From an uncultured Pseudomonadota bacterium (lineage in GTDB: Bacteria; Myxococcota_A; Polyangia; Fen-1088): a stretch of DNA of 64,000 bases. The position numbers and the translations under genes were made by a program. Positions 29,501-39,611 of the stretch are shown here, in pieces; the first letter of the stretch is position 1, and every line of letters begins with the position of its first letter. The stretch covers positions 192,626 to 256,625 of the forward strand of contig CAWKBC010000047.1 of NCBI GenBank assembly GCA_963847705.1, read 5' to 3'. Under the pieces are notes generated by a model. The model was given only the letters and a program-made list of their open reading frames with translations, was not told where the DNA came from and did no database searches.

Positions 29501-32409
29501 CGCTCGATCCCAATCCGGACACCGCGCTCCGGATCGTCCTCGACGTCGCGCTGACCGCGGTGTCGACGCGGACCGGTCTGACCAGCGGCGGCTTGATCTC
29601 CACCGCGACCTTCGCGGACTTCCGCGACGCGACTCTCCAGGTGGCCAGCGAGATGGTGGACGCGGGCACCCTCTCGGCGGCCATGCTCTCGAAGATCGAG
29701 CTCGCCTGGGACGCGGTGGGGCTGCCGCCGCTCACCTCGCATCCGGACGCGGCCGCGCCGGTCGTCGCTCCGGCCAACCTCGCCGGCGCCTACCCGTGGG
29801 CGACGTTCACCTGGCCTGACGTGGGCAATGGTCAATCGGCGGGATCGTGGGACTTCCAGCTCACCACGGCGACCTTCGACACCCCGACCTTCCACCAGGA
29901 ATTGGTCACGGAGCCTTCGGCGGACTCCACCTCCACGGTGCTGCCGCTGGCGCTCCCCTCCAACACGTCGGACACCTACTACTGGCGCGTGCGCCCGGCC
30001 AGCACCTCGGCGTGGGCGACCTGTTATCCGATCTATTCGTTCGTCGGCACCACCGTCCCCGATCCGGTGAACGACCTGCAGATCGCGCCGGCATCGCTGG
30101 CGTCCGTCAAAGGCGACGTGCTCCCCGGGGTCTTCACCTCCACCTGGGACTACGTGCGCGGGACGGTGACGCCCGACTACGACTTCTACATCGGCACCCA
30201 GAATCCGGGGTGCATGGTGAGCGACGGCGTCACCAAGATCTCGGGGGGAGGGGTGGCGACCGACGGCGTGACCGATACCTACGAAGCGCCCTTCGTCTCC
30301 CAGCCGAAGACCCACTACTTCCTGAACGTGCGCCCGATCGGTCCGCCCGACTTCACGGGGGCGACCACCCACGGCGACTGCAACAAGCTGGAGTTCGACA
30401 CCGCCGATCTGCTGCCGCCGACGGTCGCCACCGGGGACAATGAAGGCATGATCTACACCGATCACTGGACCATGGGCTTCAATTGGACGACCTCGGGCGG
30501 GGCCGTGAAGTCGGACATCACGCTCTACACGCGTGACGCCAACGGCGACTGCGGAACGAAGGTGGTGGGCGGGCCCTATGAGGTGCAATCGAACTGTGCG
30601 CGCAGCTGCGACGAGAACTTCGCCTTGCCCCCGACCACCACCCTGCCGAGCCCGACCGGCTATTGCTGGGCGATCACCGATGTGGCGGCCAACGGGGATG
30701 CGAGCCCGACGCCGCCACCAACGGAGATGAAGAAGGTTGGGTTCAGCGCCTTTACCCTCAACCCGCAGCCAGGGGCCCTCTGGGCGGACGTGTTCGTCGG
30801 CGATAGCGAAGGCAACCTTCCTGGCGACTCCTACGGCAAGCCGGTGACCTTCTCCTGGACGACGCTGCCCAACTTTGCCTCGGCGCCGGCGTACGGGTTC
30901 AAGATCGGGCGCTGGTTCTGGCCGCAACAGCTCTCGGCGCCCGACCCCGTGAACTGCGTCGACGGGAACACCAGCCTCAACCTCTGCCAGCGCGGCCCGA
31001 CCGCGGACACACTCTTCGAGACCGTCTTCCGTGACGGTGGCTTTACGGAGACTCTGCCCGCCGCCCAGGCCGGCAAGGGGCGCTACTGCTGGGGGGTCTG
31101 GCCAATCTTCGACGATCCCGCCCACCCGGGGACGGACGCGGCCGGGCCCTCGGTCGACTTTCAGCTCGAGTGCTACACGACCGGTCCGGCCCTGCCCCGG
31201 ATCAACGTGCCGGACGGTCCCAACTATTCAACCGATCCCAATATGCCGCCGCCCCGTTTCACCCACGATGCGATCAACGGCACCGTCGAGCTCGATTACA
31301 TCCCGGACAATCAGATGAAGGGGACCGTGACGGTGAACGGCGGCGAGACGTCGCAGTTCGACACCTCCGCCTGCCCGGTGGACCTCGACGACACAGGCCA
31401 CAGGGATGTCTACGACTGCAAGATTCCATTTTCGTTCGTCCCCCAGAAAGATTCGACCTACGTCATCGACATCCAGACCTTCAACGGCGATCAGCCCGCC
31501 ATCGCAGACGGGGCGACCCCCTTGCAGCACGTCGTCGAGACGATCACGACGGGCAGCTGCGGGGAGACCGACGGGCAATGCTGCGACGATCGAACCTGCG
31601 CCGACCCCGCTCAGGCCTGCGGTCCCGACGGGAAGTGCGTCGCCTGCGGCGCCCTCGGCAACGTTTGCTGCGCAGGCGGCGCCTGCCCACTGGCGTTGAA
31701 GAAGGGGGCCAGTCAATGTGGCACCGACGGCACCTGCGAGCTCTGCGGGAACCCCGGTCAATCTTGTTGCCAGAACATCTTCCTGGTCGGGAATCAAGCG
31801 GACGGCTGCAACCTGTTCGTCGACGCACTGAAAGGGATCACCTGCCAGGGCGGCAAGTGCGAGGATTGCGGCGACCACGGCAACGCCTGCTGCACGCCGG
31901 ACAAATCGCCTTTCCCGCCCTGCCGAAACTCGGGCGACCAGTGCATCCAAGGACTCTGCTCGAACCCGGTTCCCACCAACAACTGCGTGGTACCGCTCGT
32001 TGCGCCGAATCTGCCGGAGCCGGCCCTCTCGTTGGAGGGCATCGCGGGATGCACCCAGGACGACGTCGGTGAGCGGGCCGAGTGCATCATCGGTGGCGGC
32101 CCGGCCTCGGACCTGTGCGAATACTTCATCCCCTCCCTGCAGGGACTGCAGTTGGGATGGCCGGCGGTGCCTGGCGCGGACCACTACCGGGTGACTCAGA
32201 TCGCCGGAGACTTCACGCTCAGCACGTTCAGCGTTTCCGCCACCAGCGGCAACGTATCGACTGGGCTCCAGCTCCTCACGCCGCTGACAGGCACCCTCGA
32301 CGTGTGCGGATTCTACGGTTATGGCGTGGCGGTCACGGCCATCAACTCTTGCGGTGACGAGGGGCCCACGTCCCTTACCGGCATCGGGTTCATACCACAG
32401 GGGCCCTAG
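26575..32409 (+). CDS. Giant exported protein: choice-of-anchor A (ice-binding-like) + M4 thermolysin-like peptidase + beta-sandwich + Cys-rich repeats
   Basis: Signal with GGC; LLWNIPAA...GSILAP; propeptide-like region; HEYTH, NEALADLF, HQNS; C-terminal CGxxGxxCC repeats. Confidence 0.82.
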   Translation: MNRIPAVRPVLPIALLLLGTAWTTTSGGCGRGTDTSGAGEVTETRSDLTAACTSSSITVLDLQADFRDIWKGTETPDTGKQTDPIPTVGVDFSSTVQPSQVAAQFVPVNTDGTCGPTVPASSGSSVVASAVWGTATSDSARAPNPSAFNVFVRDTISGIVSAGGAVAAGGDVTLSSMAINGTVHQPVGLISGGKVTTTSGSISGNVTYGVQSTFPQTVTVSGTKSLSSFSTTAAFQDLASLSALLADETPNGTTTSANGNLQLTGSNAALNTFQVSADTLSQASFVQITVPANAAAIVNVTGNMSLTLQNKGLSLQGATAATLLWNIPAAAFVQISGISLQGSILAPRSLVTFDSGSLSGTLVAQAFISSGSGSLQATPLTVSKLFPTTTPSLVRLVPAQPLVRGCSYHFLIPATTPLTTAGGCLAAPIDVQFRVASSVVPAAGRELTNVQPDPALHTLRRFSARAGVNTPVDQVWDRYQAAIGIASSNLVPTAIARPSSTLSGQTVTVYQQYAQGYPVAGYGYFVATQSGIFRAANGKVMPGLPVFAPPAVTSASALQSALTYLKISPAPWVSNPSVNHAPTGQLAVVSKHIYPTGTDFVLAWDFRFGQGTGILDPAGVQVDATTGAVLAVDPGKMGLTPLPAQAKYSGQVSSTVDTIYNGSARPFSVASYQPPGQSLVTTLASGDIAAPGTLATVTGVTEDKNGNLIGTPQFIVDPTPLTPWVATDKVEQRMATLQWALELSNSFMQSLSLKMDGGALWQNIDGPAAHQQVHINYTDGTTPAADSALYSTTASTPDLAQIFIDLSSGFPLQAGTIAHEYTHALIDGLRRANGLGGAKGVGTLALYNEAASINEALADLFAISLNHSSPTQATPWFCIELDLGFGPECYRNISDPTVSLGVPLPGGQAGFADLYGDTTHRYGNYAALPASACTEAANNDRCGAHQNSTIISRWGYLLAMGTGGLTDVPCGLTFGPLDPNPDTALRIVLDVALTAVSTRTGLTSGGLISTATFADFRDATLQVASEMVDAGTLSAAMLSKIELAWDAVGLPPLTSHPDAAAPVVAPANLAGAYPWATFTWPDVGNGQSAGSWDFQLTTATFDTPTFHQELVTEPSADSTSTVLPLALPSNTSDTYYWRVRPASTSAWATCYPIYSFVGTTVPDPVNDLQIAPASLASVKGDVLPGVFTSTWDYVRGTVTPDYDFYIGTQNPGCMVSDGVTKISGGGVATDGVTDTYEAPFVSQPKTHYFLNVRPIGPPDFTGATTHGDCNKLEFDTADLLPPTVATGDNEGMIYTDHWTMGFNWTTSGGAVKSDITLYTRDANGDCGTKVVGGPYEVQSNCARSCDENFALPPTTTLPSPTGYCWAITDVAANGDASPTPPPTEMKKVGFSAFTLNPQPGALWADVFVGDSEGNLPGDSYGKPVTFSWTTLPNFASAPAYGFKIGRWFWPQQLSAPDPVNCVDGNTSLNLCQRGPTADTLFETVFRDGGFTETLPAAQAGKGRYCWGVWPIFDDPAHPGTDAAGPSVDFQLECYTTGPALPRINVPDGPNYSTDPNMPPPRFTHDAINGTVELDYIPDNQMKGTVTVNGGETSQFDTSACPVDLDDTGHRDVYDCKIPFSFVPQKDSTYVIDIQTFNGDQPAIADGATPLQHVVETITTGSCGETDGQCCDDRTCADPAQACGPDGKCVACGALGNVCCAGGACPLALKKGASQCGTDGTCELCGNPGQSCCQNIFLVGNQADGCNLFVDALKGITCQGGKCEDCGDHGNACCTPDKSPFPPCRNSGDQCIQGLCSNPVPTNNCVVPLVAPNLPEPALSLEGIAGCTQDDVGERAECIIGGGPASDLCEYFIPSLQGLQLGWPAVPGADHYRVTQIAGDFTLSTFSVSATSGNVSTGLQLLTPLTGTLDVCGFYGYGVAVTAINSCGDEGPTSLTGIGFIPQGP

Positions 32410-32454
32410 CACGAGCCTCCCCCGCTTCGGTGGCCGGATTGACCATGCCGCGAG

Positions 32455-33342
32455 CTACCCAGCAGCAGCGGTAAACGCCGGCCCGAGCACCTCACTGCAC
32501 CATGCACGATACGTGGTCGGTGTAGTCGACTCCGGGGTTCGTGGCTCGGAGCTATCGAGACCGTTGTCCTTGGCCGCGTACATGTCGATGAGGCCTTGGG
32601 CGAAGTCTTCGCTCGCGCCGTATTGCAGGAGCTGCGCCTTGTAAGTCTGGGCCGGGACCTGTTGATAGCGGACGGGGCGACCCAGCACCTCGGCAGTGAT
32701 CGCCGCGATGTCAGTGAGAGTGAGATCCTCAGGGCCCAGGACTGCGACGCCACCGGCGTCCGTCCACGACCGATCGCGGAGCAGTCGCGCGGCGGTGGCG
32801 GCGATGTCGCGCGTGGCGACGTAGGGTGCCTTCACGTCCGGACGAAGCGGGAAACCAAAGGAACCCTGCATACGGATCGACTGCACCTCGCGGAGCATGT
32901 TCTCCATGAAGCCCGGACACCAGAGGGCGCGCACGTGAAAACCGGCCCGCTCGAACTCGACATCCTTGGCCAGGGACGACGTCACGATGCCGGCCTTGGC
33001 GTCTGCATGTCGGCCGATGCCGGAGACCGTGACGACGCGCGAGACGCCATTGCGCTGCATCGCCGCACAGGCAGCGAGTGTGAACCGTAAATAGTACTCG
33101 GTCACGTTCGGCGCCCGGAAGAAGGGCGGAACGACGTGAAAGAGACTCTCGGCGCCGGTCAGCGCACGGTCGAGCACGCTTTCGTCGTCGCTGGAGCCTT
33201 GCACGACTTCGAGGCGTTCGTGAACCGAAGCGCCGAGCTTCTCCGGGTGGCGCGCGATGACGCGCACCTTCTCGTGGGCGGCGAGCAGCTGGTCGACCAG
33301 CTGCGATCCGATGGATCCGGCCGGGGTGGTGACGACGATCAT
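32455..33342 (-). CDS. NmrA-like NAD(P)H-binding protein
   Basis: MIVVTTPAGSIG, PGFMEN, VATRDIA, GPEDL, TTPTT. Confidence 0.9.
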   Translation of the reverse strand: MIVVTTPAGSIGSQLVDQLLAAHEKVRVIARHPEKLGASVHERLEVVQGSSDDESVLDRALTGAESLFHVVPPFFRAPNVTEYYLRFTLAACAAMQRNGVSRVVTVSGIGRHADAKAGIVTSSLAKDVEFERAGFHVRALWCPGFMENMLREVQSIRMQGSFGFPLRPDVKAPYVATRDIAATAARLLRDRSWTDAGGVAVLGPEDLTLTDIAAITAEVLGRPVRYQQVPAQTYKAQLLQYGASEDFAQGLIDMYAAKDNGLDSSEPRTPESTTPTTYRAWCSEVLGPAFTAAAG

Positions 33343-33365
33343 GAGGAATCCTCCGCTCGTGGCAA

Positions 33366-33390
33366 AGTAAACTACACCGTACCGTTTACT
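33366..33390. promoter_or_regulatory. Putative TetR operator
   Basis: AGTAAAC-N11-GTTTACT inverted repeat between the divergent NmrA-like and tetR genes. Confidence 0.65.
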
Positions 33391-33440
33391 CATGCAAGCT
33401 GAAAACTGGCAAGGGCCGCAGGGCCGCGCGAAGATGCCCC

Positions 33441-34076
33441 ATGGCGAAGCGCGGGGGTGAACTGAGAGACCACATTGTCTCGGTCGCCAAGAATGTTTTC
33501 CTGGAGCTTGGATTCGAGCGCGCGTCGATGGATGAAGTTGCCGCCCGCGCTCGGACGTCCAAGCGGTCGGTCTACGCGCACTTCGTGAGCAAGGAAAAGC
33601 TCTTCCTGGCGGTGATCGTTTACGTCCGGGGCCTCATCCTGGAACGATTGCAGGCCCCGGAGGCCTACTCGTCCAGGCCTGCAGAGGCGCTCGTGCAGTT
33701 TTGCGGGCGCTACCTAGAAATGTTCCTCTACGAGCCCTCGATCCAGATGCTCCGCATGACGCTCGCGGAGACGGCCCGCTTTCCAGAGGCGGCCGCGCAG
33801 CACTACGACGTCATGTTTGCCGCGGTTTCTGCGCGACTCAGTTCCTTCCTCAAGGCCACGTTCGATGTGTCCGCGCGGGTGAGCGCAGAGGGAACGCAGC
33901 GTCTACTCGGCCAGATCCTCTTCCCCCTCGTTCCTCGCGCCCTCTTCGGCCTCGAGGATCTGGTCACGGAGTTCGCGCCGCGAGGGGCCTTAGTGAAGGT
34001 CGATCTCAAGCCAGTGCGTCGAGCAGTTGCGGAGCTGATCGAGTCGCTTACACGCGACGGCCGAGGCCGGCCTTGA
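33441..34076 (+). CDS. TetR/AcrR-family regulator
   Basis: FLELGFERASMDEVAARARTSKRSVYAHFVSKEKLF. Confidence 0.93.
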   Translation: MAKRGGELRDHIVSVAKNVFLELGFERASMDEVAARARTSKRSVYAHFVSKEKLFLAVIVYVRGLILERLQAPEAYSSRPAEALVQFCGRYLEMFLYEPSIQMLRMTLAETARFPEAAAQHYDVMFAAVSARLSSFLKATFDVSARVSAEGTQRLLGQILFPLVPRALFGLEDLVTEFAPRGALVKVDLKPVRRAVAELIESLTRDGRGRP

Positions 34077-34346
34077 TGGACCTGGCTTGGATGAGGTTGG
34101 GGCTGACGTTGACGGCCTCCGGTCATCGTCGGCTCGGAGAACCGCCAGCCCTGAGCGTAAACGGCACGGTCTCTCATGGCGATGTCTGAAAGACGAAGCA
34201 GTTGAAGCCCGGACAAAGACGGTCGTGTTCTGGCATCCCACGTCTGACGGCCCACTGTCGGTGCCGCGATTCGCGCTCTCGAGCCCTGTGCGAATCCTGA
34301 CGGTCGCGAATGTCGAACCGCCGGCCCCGAGACTTTCTGTGGTTGG

Positions 34347-35240
34347 CTAGGCCGCGACCCAGGAACGAAACTCCGGCGCGAGGATCCCGTCGAGCCGCGC
34401 CGCGAGGTTGCTCGAGATCCGAGTCAGAGGCAAACGGCATTCCGGCGATGCGATCAGGCCTTGCCGCCACAGCAGATGCTTGATCGGCATGGGGTTCGCC
34501 TCGGCGAACAGCATCGGTACGATGGGAGCGAGCGGCGCCCAAGCACGGCGCGCCCCGGCCACGTCGTTTGCAGCAAAGCGATCGCGCACGGCGATGAATT
34601 GCTCCGTCATGATGTGGGATGCGGCCAGGATGCCGCCCTCGGCGCCGTTGGCCAGGCTGGTGAAGTAAAGTGCGTCTTCGCCGGTCAGTACGGCGAAGTC
34701 GGCTGGCTTGCGCGCCAGAAGATCGAGCGACTGCGCGATCGAGCCCGAGCTGTCCTTGCAGCCCACGATGTTCGCCACCTCCGCTAACTCGAGCATCGAC
34801 TCGTTGGAAAGGTTCACGGCGGTCCGGTAGGGAATGTTGTAGATCAGCACGTCGCGGTCGGTCGCTGCGGCGATGGCCTTGAAGTGGGCAATCAGCCCGT
34901 CCTGGCCCGGCCGGTTGTAGTAAGGGCAGACCGAGACGATGCCCTGGAAGCGATGGCGCTCCAACCGCTTCAGTTCTTTCTCGACCTTGGCGGTGGAATT
35001 GCCGCCGACACCGACGAGCACCGGTACGCGACCGCGTGCCACGCTGAGTGTGCGTTCGACCATCGCGTCGATCTCGGCTTCGTCGAGAACCGGCGATTCG
35101 CCAGTGGTGCCGAGCGGAAAGAGTCCATCGGCGCCCAGGCCGATATAGTGCTCGACCAGTCGGTCATAGCTCTCGAGGTCGAGCGCCCCGTCTTTGAACG
35201 GCGTCACCAGCGGAAGCCAAAGGCCTGAGATCTTCGTCAT
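34347..35240 (-). CDS. dapA: 4-hydroxy-tetrahydrodipicolinate synthase (DapA family)
   Basis: LVTPF, GTTGE, PYYNRP, YNIPYRT, GCKDS, NPMPIK. Confidence 0.88.
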   Translation of the reverse strand: MTKISGLWLPLVTPFKDGALDLESYDRLVEHYIGLGADGLFPLGTTGESPVLDEAEIDAMVERTLSVARGRVPVLVGVGGNSTAKVEKELKRLERHRFQGIVSVCPYYNRPGQDGLIAHFKAIAAATDRDVLIYNIPYRTAVNLSNESMLELAEVANIVGCKDSSGSIAQSLDLLARKPADFAVLTGEDALYFTSLANGAEGGILAASHIMTEQFIAVRDRFAANDVAGARRAWAPLAPIVPMLFAEANPMPIKHLLWRQGLIASPECRLPLTRISSNLAARLDGILAPEFRSWVAA

Positions 35241-35318
35241 GAGTCCACGCTAGGTCTGGCCCGGTCATAAGAATATCTAATGTTTCTTAAACGAGCGTTC
35301 GCATATTCTTATGATTCA

Positions 35319-36254
35319 ATGCTCGACCTGCTGAAAACCTTTCTGACCGTCGTCGAAGCCGGCGGCGTTACGCGAGCCGCCTCGGTGCTGCACATAACTC
35401 AGGCCGCGGTCAGCCAGCAGATCAAGCGGCTGGAGGAGACGGTCGAGTCGAAGCTGTTCGAGCGCGAGGGGCGGGGGCTTGCCCTGTCACCAGCCGGTGA
35501 GCGGCTCCTGGGCCGGGCGCAGCGGCTGGTAGCGCAGGGCGAGGAGCTTCTGGCCTCGATGCGCGCTCCGGTTTTCGAGGGCGAGGTCCGGTTCGGTGTG
35601 CCGTACGACATTATCGCCTCGTTCGTGCCGGCGATTCTGCGCCGCTTTGCCAAGGCACAGCCGCGCGTCCGCGTGTCGCTGGTCTGCGAGGATTCCAAGG
35701 TCATCCGCGAGCAGCTCCGTTCCGGCGGCGTCGACCTCGCGCTCACCACCGAGAGCGACTGCGGTCGCCATGGCGAAACCTTGCGCACCGACCGCCTCGT
35801 CTGGGTCGGCGTTCCGGGTGGCGATGCCCATAGACGCGATCCCTTGCCGGTCTCCCTCGGCGCGCCGGCTTGTGTCTTCCGTCCCATTGCCATCGAGGCG
35901 CTGGGCAAGGCGCGGCGCGACTGGCGTGCGGTCTGCGAGGTGAGTCGCATGGAGCCGGTATATGCCGCGATCGAAGCGGGCCTTGCGGTGGCGCCGCTGC
36001 TGCGGTCGAGCGTGCCGGAGCGCTTCGAGGTCCTCGGCCGCGCTGCACACCTGCCCGTGCTGCCCGACTTCCACATCAATCTCTATGTTTCCCCGGGCGT
36101 GAATAAGGCGGCCAGCGACCTCGCCGAGCATGTGAGGGCGAGCTTCCGGTGGAGGGGAGGAAGCCTCGGAGAAGGTGCGCGCAGTTTTTTGGACGAAAGC
36201 CCCCTTGGCCGCCGCCGTACCTCGCGAGGAATCGCAACAGGTAAGGTTCCTTAG
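35319..36254 (+). CDS. LysR-family regulator
   Basis: TRAASVLHITQAAVSQQIKRLEE; divergent from dapA. Confidence 0.92.
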   Translation: MLDLLKTFLTVVEAGGVTRAASVLHITQAAVSQQIKRLEETVESKLFEREGRGLALSPAGERLLGRAQRLVAQGEELLASMRAPVFEGEVRFGVPYDIIASFVPAILRRFAKAQPRVRVSLVCEDSKVIREQLRSGGVDLALTTESDCGRHGETLRTDRLVWVGVPGGDAHRRDPLPVSLGAPACVFRPIAIEALGKARRDWRAVCEVSRMEPVYAAIEAGLAVAPLLRSSVPERFEVLGRAAHLPVLPDFHINLYVSPGVNKAASDLAEHVRASFRWRGGSLGEGARSFLDESPLGRRRTSRGIATGKVP

Positions 36255-36443
36255 GTCGGTCGGGCTCATTTGCAATCAGCGTTCCAGCGTCAATGCAACG
36301 ACTGGAGGCGCATTTCGCGCACAGTCGGCCACGGAAAACTGACGTTCGCGCGTGCGACTATGACAAACCTCCGATTCGGCCATCCGTCGGTGGTCATTTC
36401 GACGGGAGCCGGAGGACCGACGGGTCTCGCATGACCAACGCCA

Positions 36444-37331
36444 GTGACGGGCCTTGTTGATCACCGACGAGCGGTCGACCTCGGACGAGCGGACGCGCGA
36501 CGCGGCCAGCATCGCCACAGCCGCCAACGTCACGACGCCCGCACTAGCTTGCCTTTCGGCTCTGAAAAGGTCACTCCTGCTTGCTATGTTCGCCAGGTGG
36601 CGACCTTCGCTCCCCATTCAAGCCTTAGGACGAGCGTGGTCGCCATCGACGTCGTGGAGAACGCCGTGGGGGAGGGCGCGGTGCTGCCATCGACGGGCGC
36701 CGTGCTCGGCTTTCAGTTTCGCGGCCGCGTGCGGGCGGGCGACGAACTGCTTTCCCTCGCCGGAGTGACCGGCCTTCAAGAGAGCACGCGTACGTATTCG
36801 TACCTGGGCGGGGCCGGTTCGGTGCTCGTCCGCTTCACGCCGCAAGGCGCGGCGCGCCTGGGCGTGCCCGCCGCGGAGCTGGCGAATCGCAGCGTCCCGC
36901 TCGACGAGCTGATCTCTCGTGCGCGTGCCCATGAGGTCAGCGAGCGGATTGCCGCCGCGCCCGACGACGCATCTCGCGTCGCTGTGGTCGAAGGATTCCT
37001 TCAAGAGCTTCCATTTGCTCGTGATCCCGTCGTGACCCGCGCGCTCGAACGCCTGAGCGATCCGACCAGCCGCTTGCCCCTCGCGGCGATCGCCGCGGAG
37101 CTCGCGCTCAGCGAGCGGCAGCTCGAGCGGCGGTTTCTCCTGCGCGTGGGGATGATGCCGAAGCGGTTCGCACGCTTGGCCCGGTTCCAGCGCGCGGTCT
37201 CGCTCATGAATTCCGCGCCCGCGCTCGCGACCGTCGCACAAGACGCCGGGTACTACGACCAATCTCACTTCGTCCGCGAGTTCCGGGTCTTCGCGGGCAC
37301 CCCGCCCGCCGCCTGGCGCAAGCACCGCTGA
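36444..37331 (+). CDS. AraC-family regulator
   Basis: LSERQLERRF, GYYDQSHFVREF. True start is probably near 36597. Confidence 0.88.
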   Translation: MTGLVDHRRAVDLGRADARRGQHRHSRQRHDARTSLPFGSEKVTPACYVRQVATFAPHSSLRTSVVAIDVVENAVGEGAVLPSTGAVLGFQFRGRVRAGDELLSLAGVTGLQESTRTYSYLGGAGSVLVRFTPQGAARLGVPAAELANRSVPLDELISRARAHEVSERIAAAPDDASRVAVVEGFLQELPFARDPVVTRALERLSDPTSRLPLAAIAAELALSERQLERRFLLRVGMMPKRFARLARFQRAVSLMNSAPALATVAQDAGYYDQSHFVREFRVFAGTPPAAWRKHR

Positions 37332-37434
37332 GCGCGTCCGGTGCGGCGACCCTCGTGCGATGTCCGCGGTGTCGGATTCGTACAATCGCGCGTACCGCAT
37401 GCCGGGCAGACTGTCCTTCGAAAGGATGGATGCC

Positions 37435-38013
37435 ATGCGAACCGACCTCTATGGGCTCGTCCACAAGGCCCAGCGACACCGTCTCTTTATCCTGGGGAAC
37501 GAGCTGGGGACCGCGGACATCGACGCCCCCGCGACCCGCAGCCACCTGGCGAGCACCGTTCGCGGGATTGCCGACATGCTCGCCGACCACGCCGAGAACG
37601 AGCGGCGATACATCGACCCGCTCTTTGCCACGATCGGCGGAGCCGCGGAGCGGATCGAGCACGAGCATCACGAGCTCGAGGCGCTGCTCGACGGGTGGGT
37701 GGAGATCGTCGACCAGAAACGATGGGCGGAGCTGTATGGCGCCACGATGCGGATCATCGGCCAGTACCTACTCCACATTGACGCCGAGGAGCGCGCGCAG
37801 ACCGAGGTGCTGTGGCCAAACTACACGGACGCCGAGCTCGGGACGGTCCTGGCCCGCTTCAAGGCAGAGCGCGATCCCGCCGCCGCGCGAGCCGACCTGG
37901 CGCTCCTGATTCCGGTGTTGAGCGCGCCCCAGCGGGCCGCCCTGGGCCTCGATCCGTCATCAGCTGAGGTATCGGAGGCAGGAGCGGCGTTGGCTGTAAG
38001 CTGCTCGAGCTGA
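37435..38013 (+). CDS. Hemerythrin-domain protein
   Basis: VHKAQR, HAENE, EHEH, HIDAEE. Confidence 0.8.
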   Translation: MRTDLYGLVHKAQRHRLFILGNELGTADIDAPATRSHLASTVRGIADMLADHAENERRYIDPLFATIGGAAERIEHEHHELEALLDGWVEIVDQKRWAELYGATMRIIGQYLLHIDAEERAQTEVLWPNYTDAELGTVLARFKAERDPAAARADLALLIPVLSAPQRAALGLDPSSAEVSEAGAALAVSCSS

Positions 38014-38163
38014 CCACGAAGGGCTAGCCCCCGTCGACTTCCGGCGTTAGCTGACGACCGACAACCCCCGCGCTGGCCTGACCCCGCGGCCGACCGCAAA
38101 AGCCGCCATCCGCCGGGTTGAGCGATCGGCCAGGTTGTCGTAGACAGTTCCTCGGAGGCTCCC

Positions 38164-38829
38164 ATGAGCGAAGACTGGTCCGCCGTCGACGAGTTCCTGA
38201 ACGCCCACGTCGTCCCCGAGGATCCGGCGCTGACCGCCGCGCTGGCCGACAGCGCCGCCGCCGGCCTGCCGCCCATCGCCGTGGCACCCAATCAGGGGAA
38301 GCTGCTCCACATCCTGGCGCGCCTGCGCGGCGCTCGGACGATCCTCGAGGTCGGGACGCTCGGCGGCTACAGCACCATCTGGCTGGCGCGGGCGCTGCCC
38401 GAAGGCGGACGGCTGGTCACGTTGGAGCTCGATCCGAAGCACGCCGCGGTCGCTCAGGCCAACTTGAACCGGGCCGGCGTCGCCGACAAAGTCGCGATCC
38501 GTATCGGTCCTGCGCTCGACAGCCTAAAGGCACTGGCGGGCGAAGGACTCCCGCCGTTCGATCTGGCGTTCATCGACGCCGACAAGCCCAACAACCCGAA
38601 CTACTTCGACTGGGCGCTCAAGCTGTCGCGCCCGGGCAGCCTCATCATCGTCGACAATGTCGTCCGCAAGGGGGCGGTCGCCGACGCGCGCTCGACCGAT
38701 CCCAACGTGACCGGCACGCGGCAGCTGTTCGCTCGCCTGCGCCAGGAGTCGCGGGTGATCGCCACCGCGCTGCAGACCGTCGGCCTCAAGGGATGGGACG
38801 GCCTCATCTTCGCGCTCGTCGACCGGTGA
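38164..38829 (+). CDS. O-methyltransferase (Methyltransf_3)
   Basis: LEVGTLGGYS, FIDADK, VDNVVR, KGWDG. Confidence 0.93.
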   Translation: MSEDWSAVDEFLNAHVVPEDPALTAALADSAAAGLPPIAVAPNQGKLLHILARLRGARTILEVGTLGGYSTIWLARALPEGGRLVTLELDPKHAAVAQANLNRAGVADKVAIRIGPALDSLKALAGEGLPPFDLAFIDADKPNNPNYFDWALKLSRPGSLIIVDNVVRKGAVADARSTDPNVTGTRQLFARLRQESRVIATALQTVGLKGWDGLIFALVDR

Positions 38830-39259
38830 GCGTGCGCGGCATCGGAGCGGCGCCGATCTTCCGGACGTCCGGCGGTGCCGCCGGGACGTCCGCGCGGTTG
38901 TCGCAGGAGCCCGAACCCCGGCGTCCCGCGGCCTTCGCGCCCGCCGAGCCCATTGCGAAGTCACCCTCCGCAAGCACGCCGGCCCAGGAGGCTTCTGATG
39001 ACGAGACGGTGGCTTTTCGCGTCCAGCTTCTCGGTGTCGGCCGCGCGCGCCCCCGGGCGCGCACGCAATGACCTTGGTGGTCTCGCCGAGCAGCGGCGAA
39101 ACCGCGCGGGGAACCGTCGCGCAGCCGCTGCGGGTCGGGCTGCCAACGGTGCAACCCATTAATACCCGTTAATACGGCATCAATCCGCGCAATAGTTCCG
39201 CGAACTTACCGGCACGGCCTCCGGCGTGTTTAGCCGTCAGCAGAAATCACAAAAAACTC

Positions 39260-39313
39260 AATAAAATCTGCGGGGTGGACGGGACTTGAACCCGCGGCCT
39301 CCGGCGTGACAGG
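39260..39313 (-). repeat. att-like direct repeat copy 1 (3' part of tRNA-Asp(GTC) plus tail)
   Basis: Minus strand reads cctGTCacgccggaggccgcgggTTCAAgtcccgtccaccccgc; no D-arm or 5' half. Matches 42550-42603 at 53/54 bp. Confidence 0.9.
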
Positions 39314-39611
39314 GGCGCATCCGGAGATCGCAGGGGCTAGCAGCGCTTTGCAACCAGCTGAAAACATTCAAGTTGAAGCGGCGAGTCAAGTCCAGGGATC
39401 TTCCCAATTAGCATCGATTTTCGAAAATCTACTCACAACCAGCTCACAAGGATTTCTGACGGTGAGCGAGGTGGTGAAACGGTTGGGGGTGTGTCGGTCG
39501 ACTGTGTACCAGTTGTGCGAGCGGGGGGAGTTGGGGCACGTGCGGGTGTCGAATGCGATTCGGGTGCCGGTCGCGGCGGTCGTGGCGTGCCTTTGTCGGC
39601 GGTCTAGGTAA
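39306..39611 (+). CDS. Excisionase-like HTH_17 protein
   Basis: LTVSEVVKRLGVCRSTVYQLCERGELGHVRVSNAIRV; start uncertain. Confidence 0.75.
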   Translation: MTGAHPEIAGASSALQPAENIQVEAASQVQGSSQLASIFENLLTTSSQGFLTVSEVVKRLGVCRSTVYQLCERGELGHVRVSNAIRVPVAAVVACLCRRSR

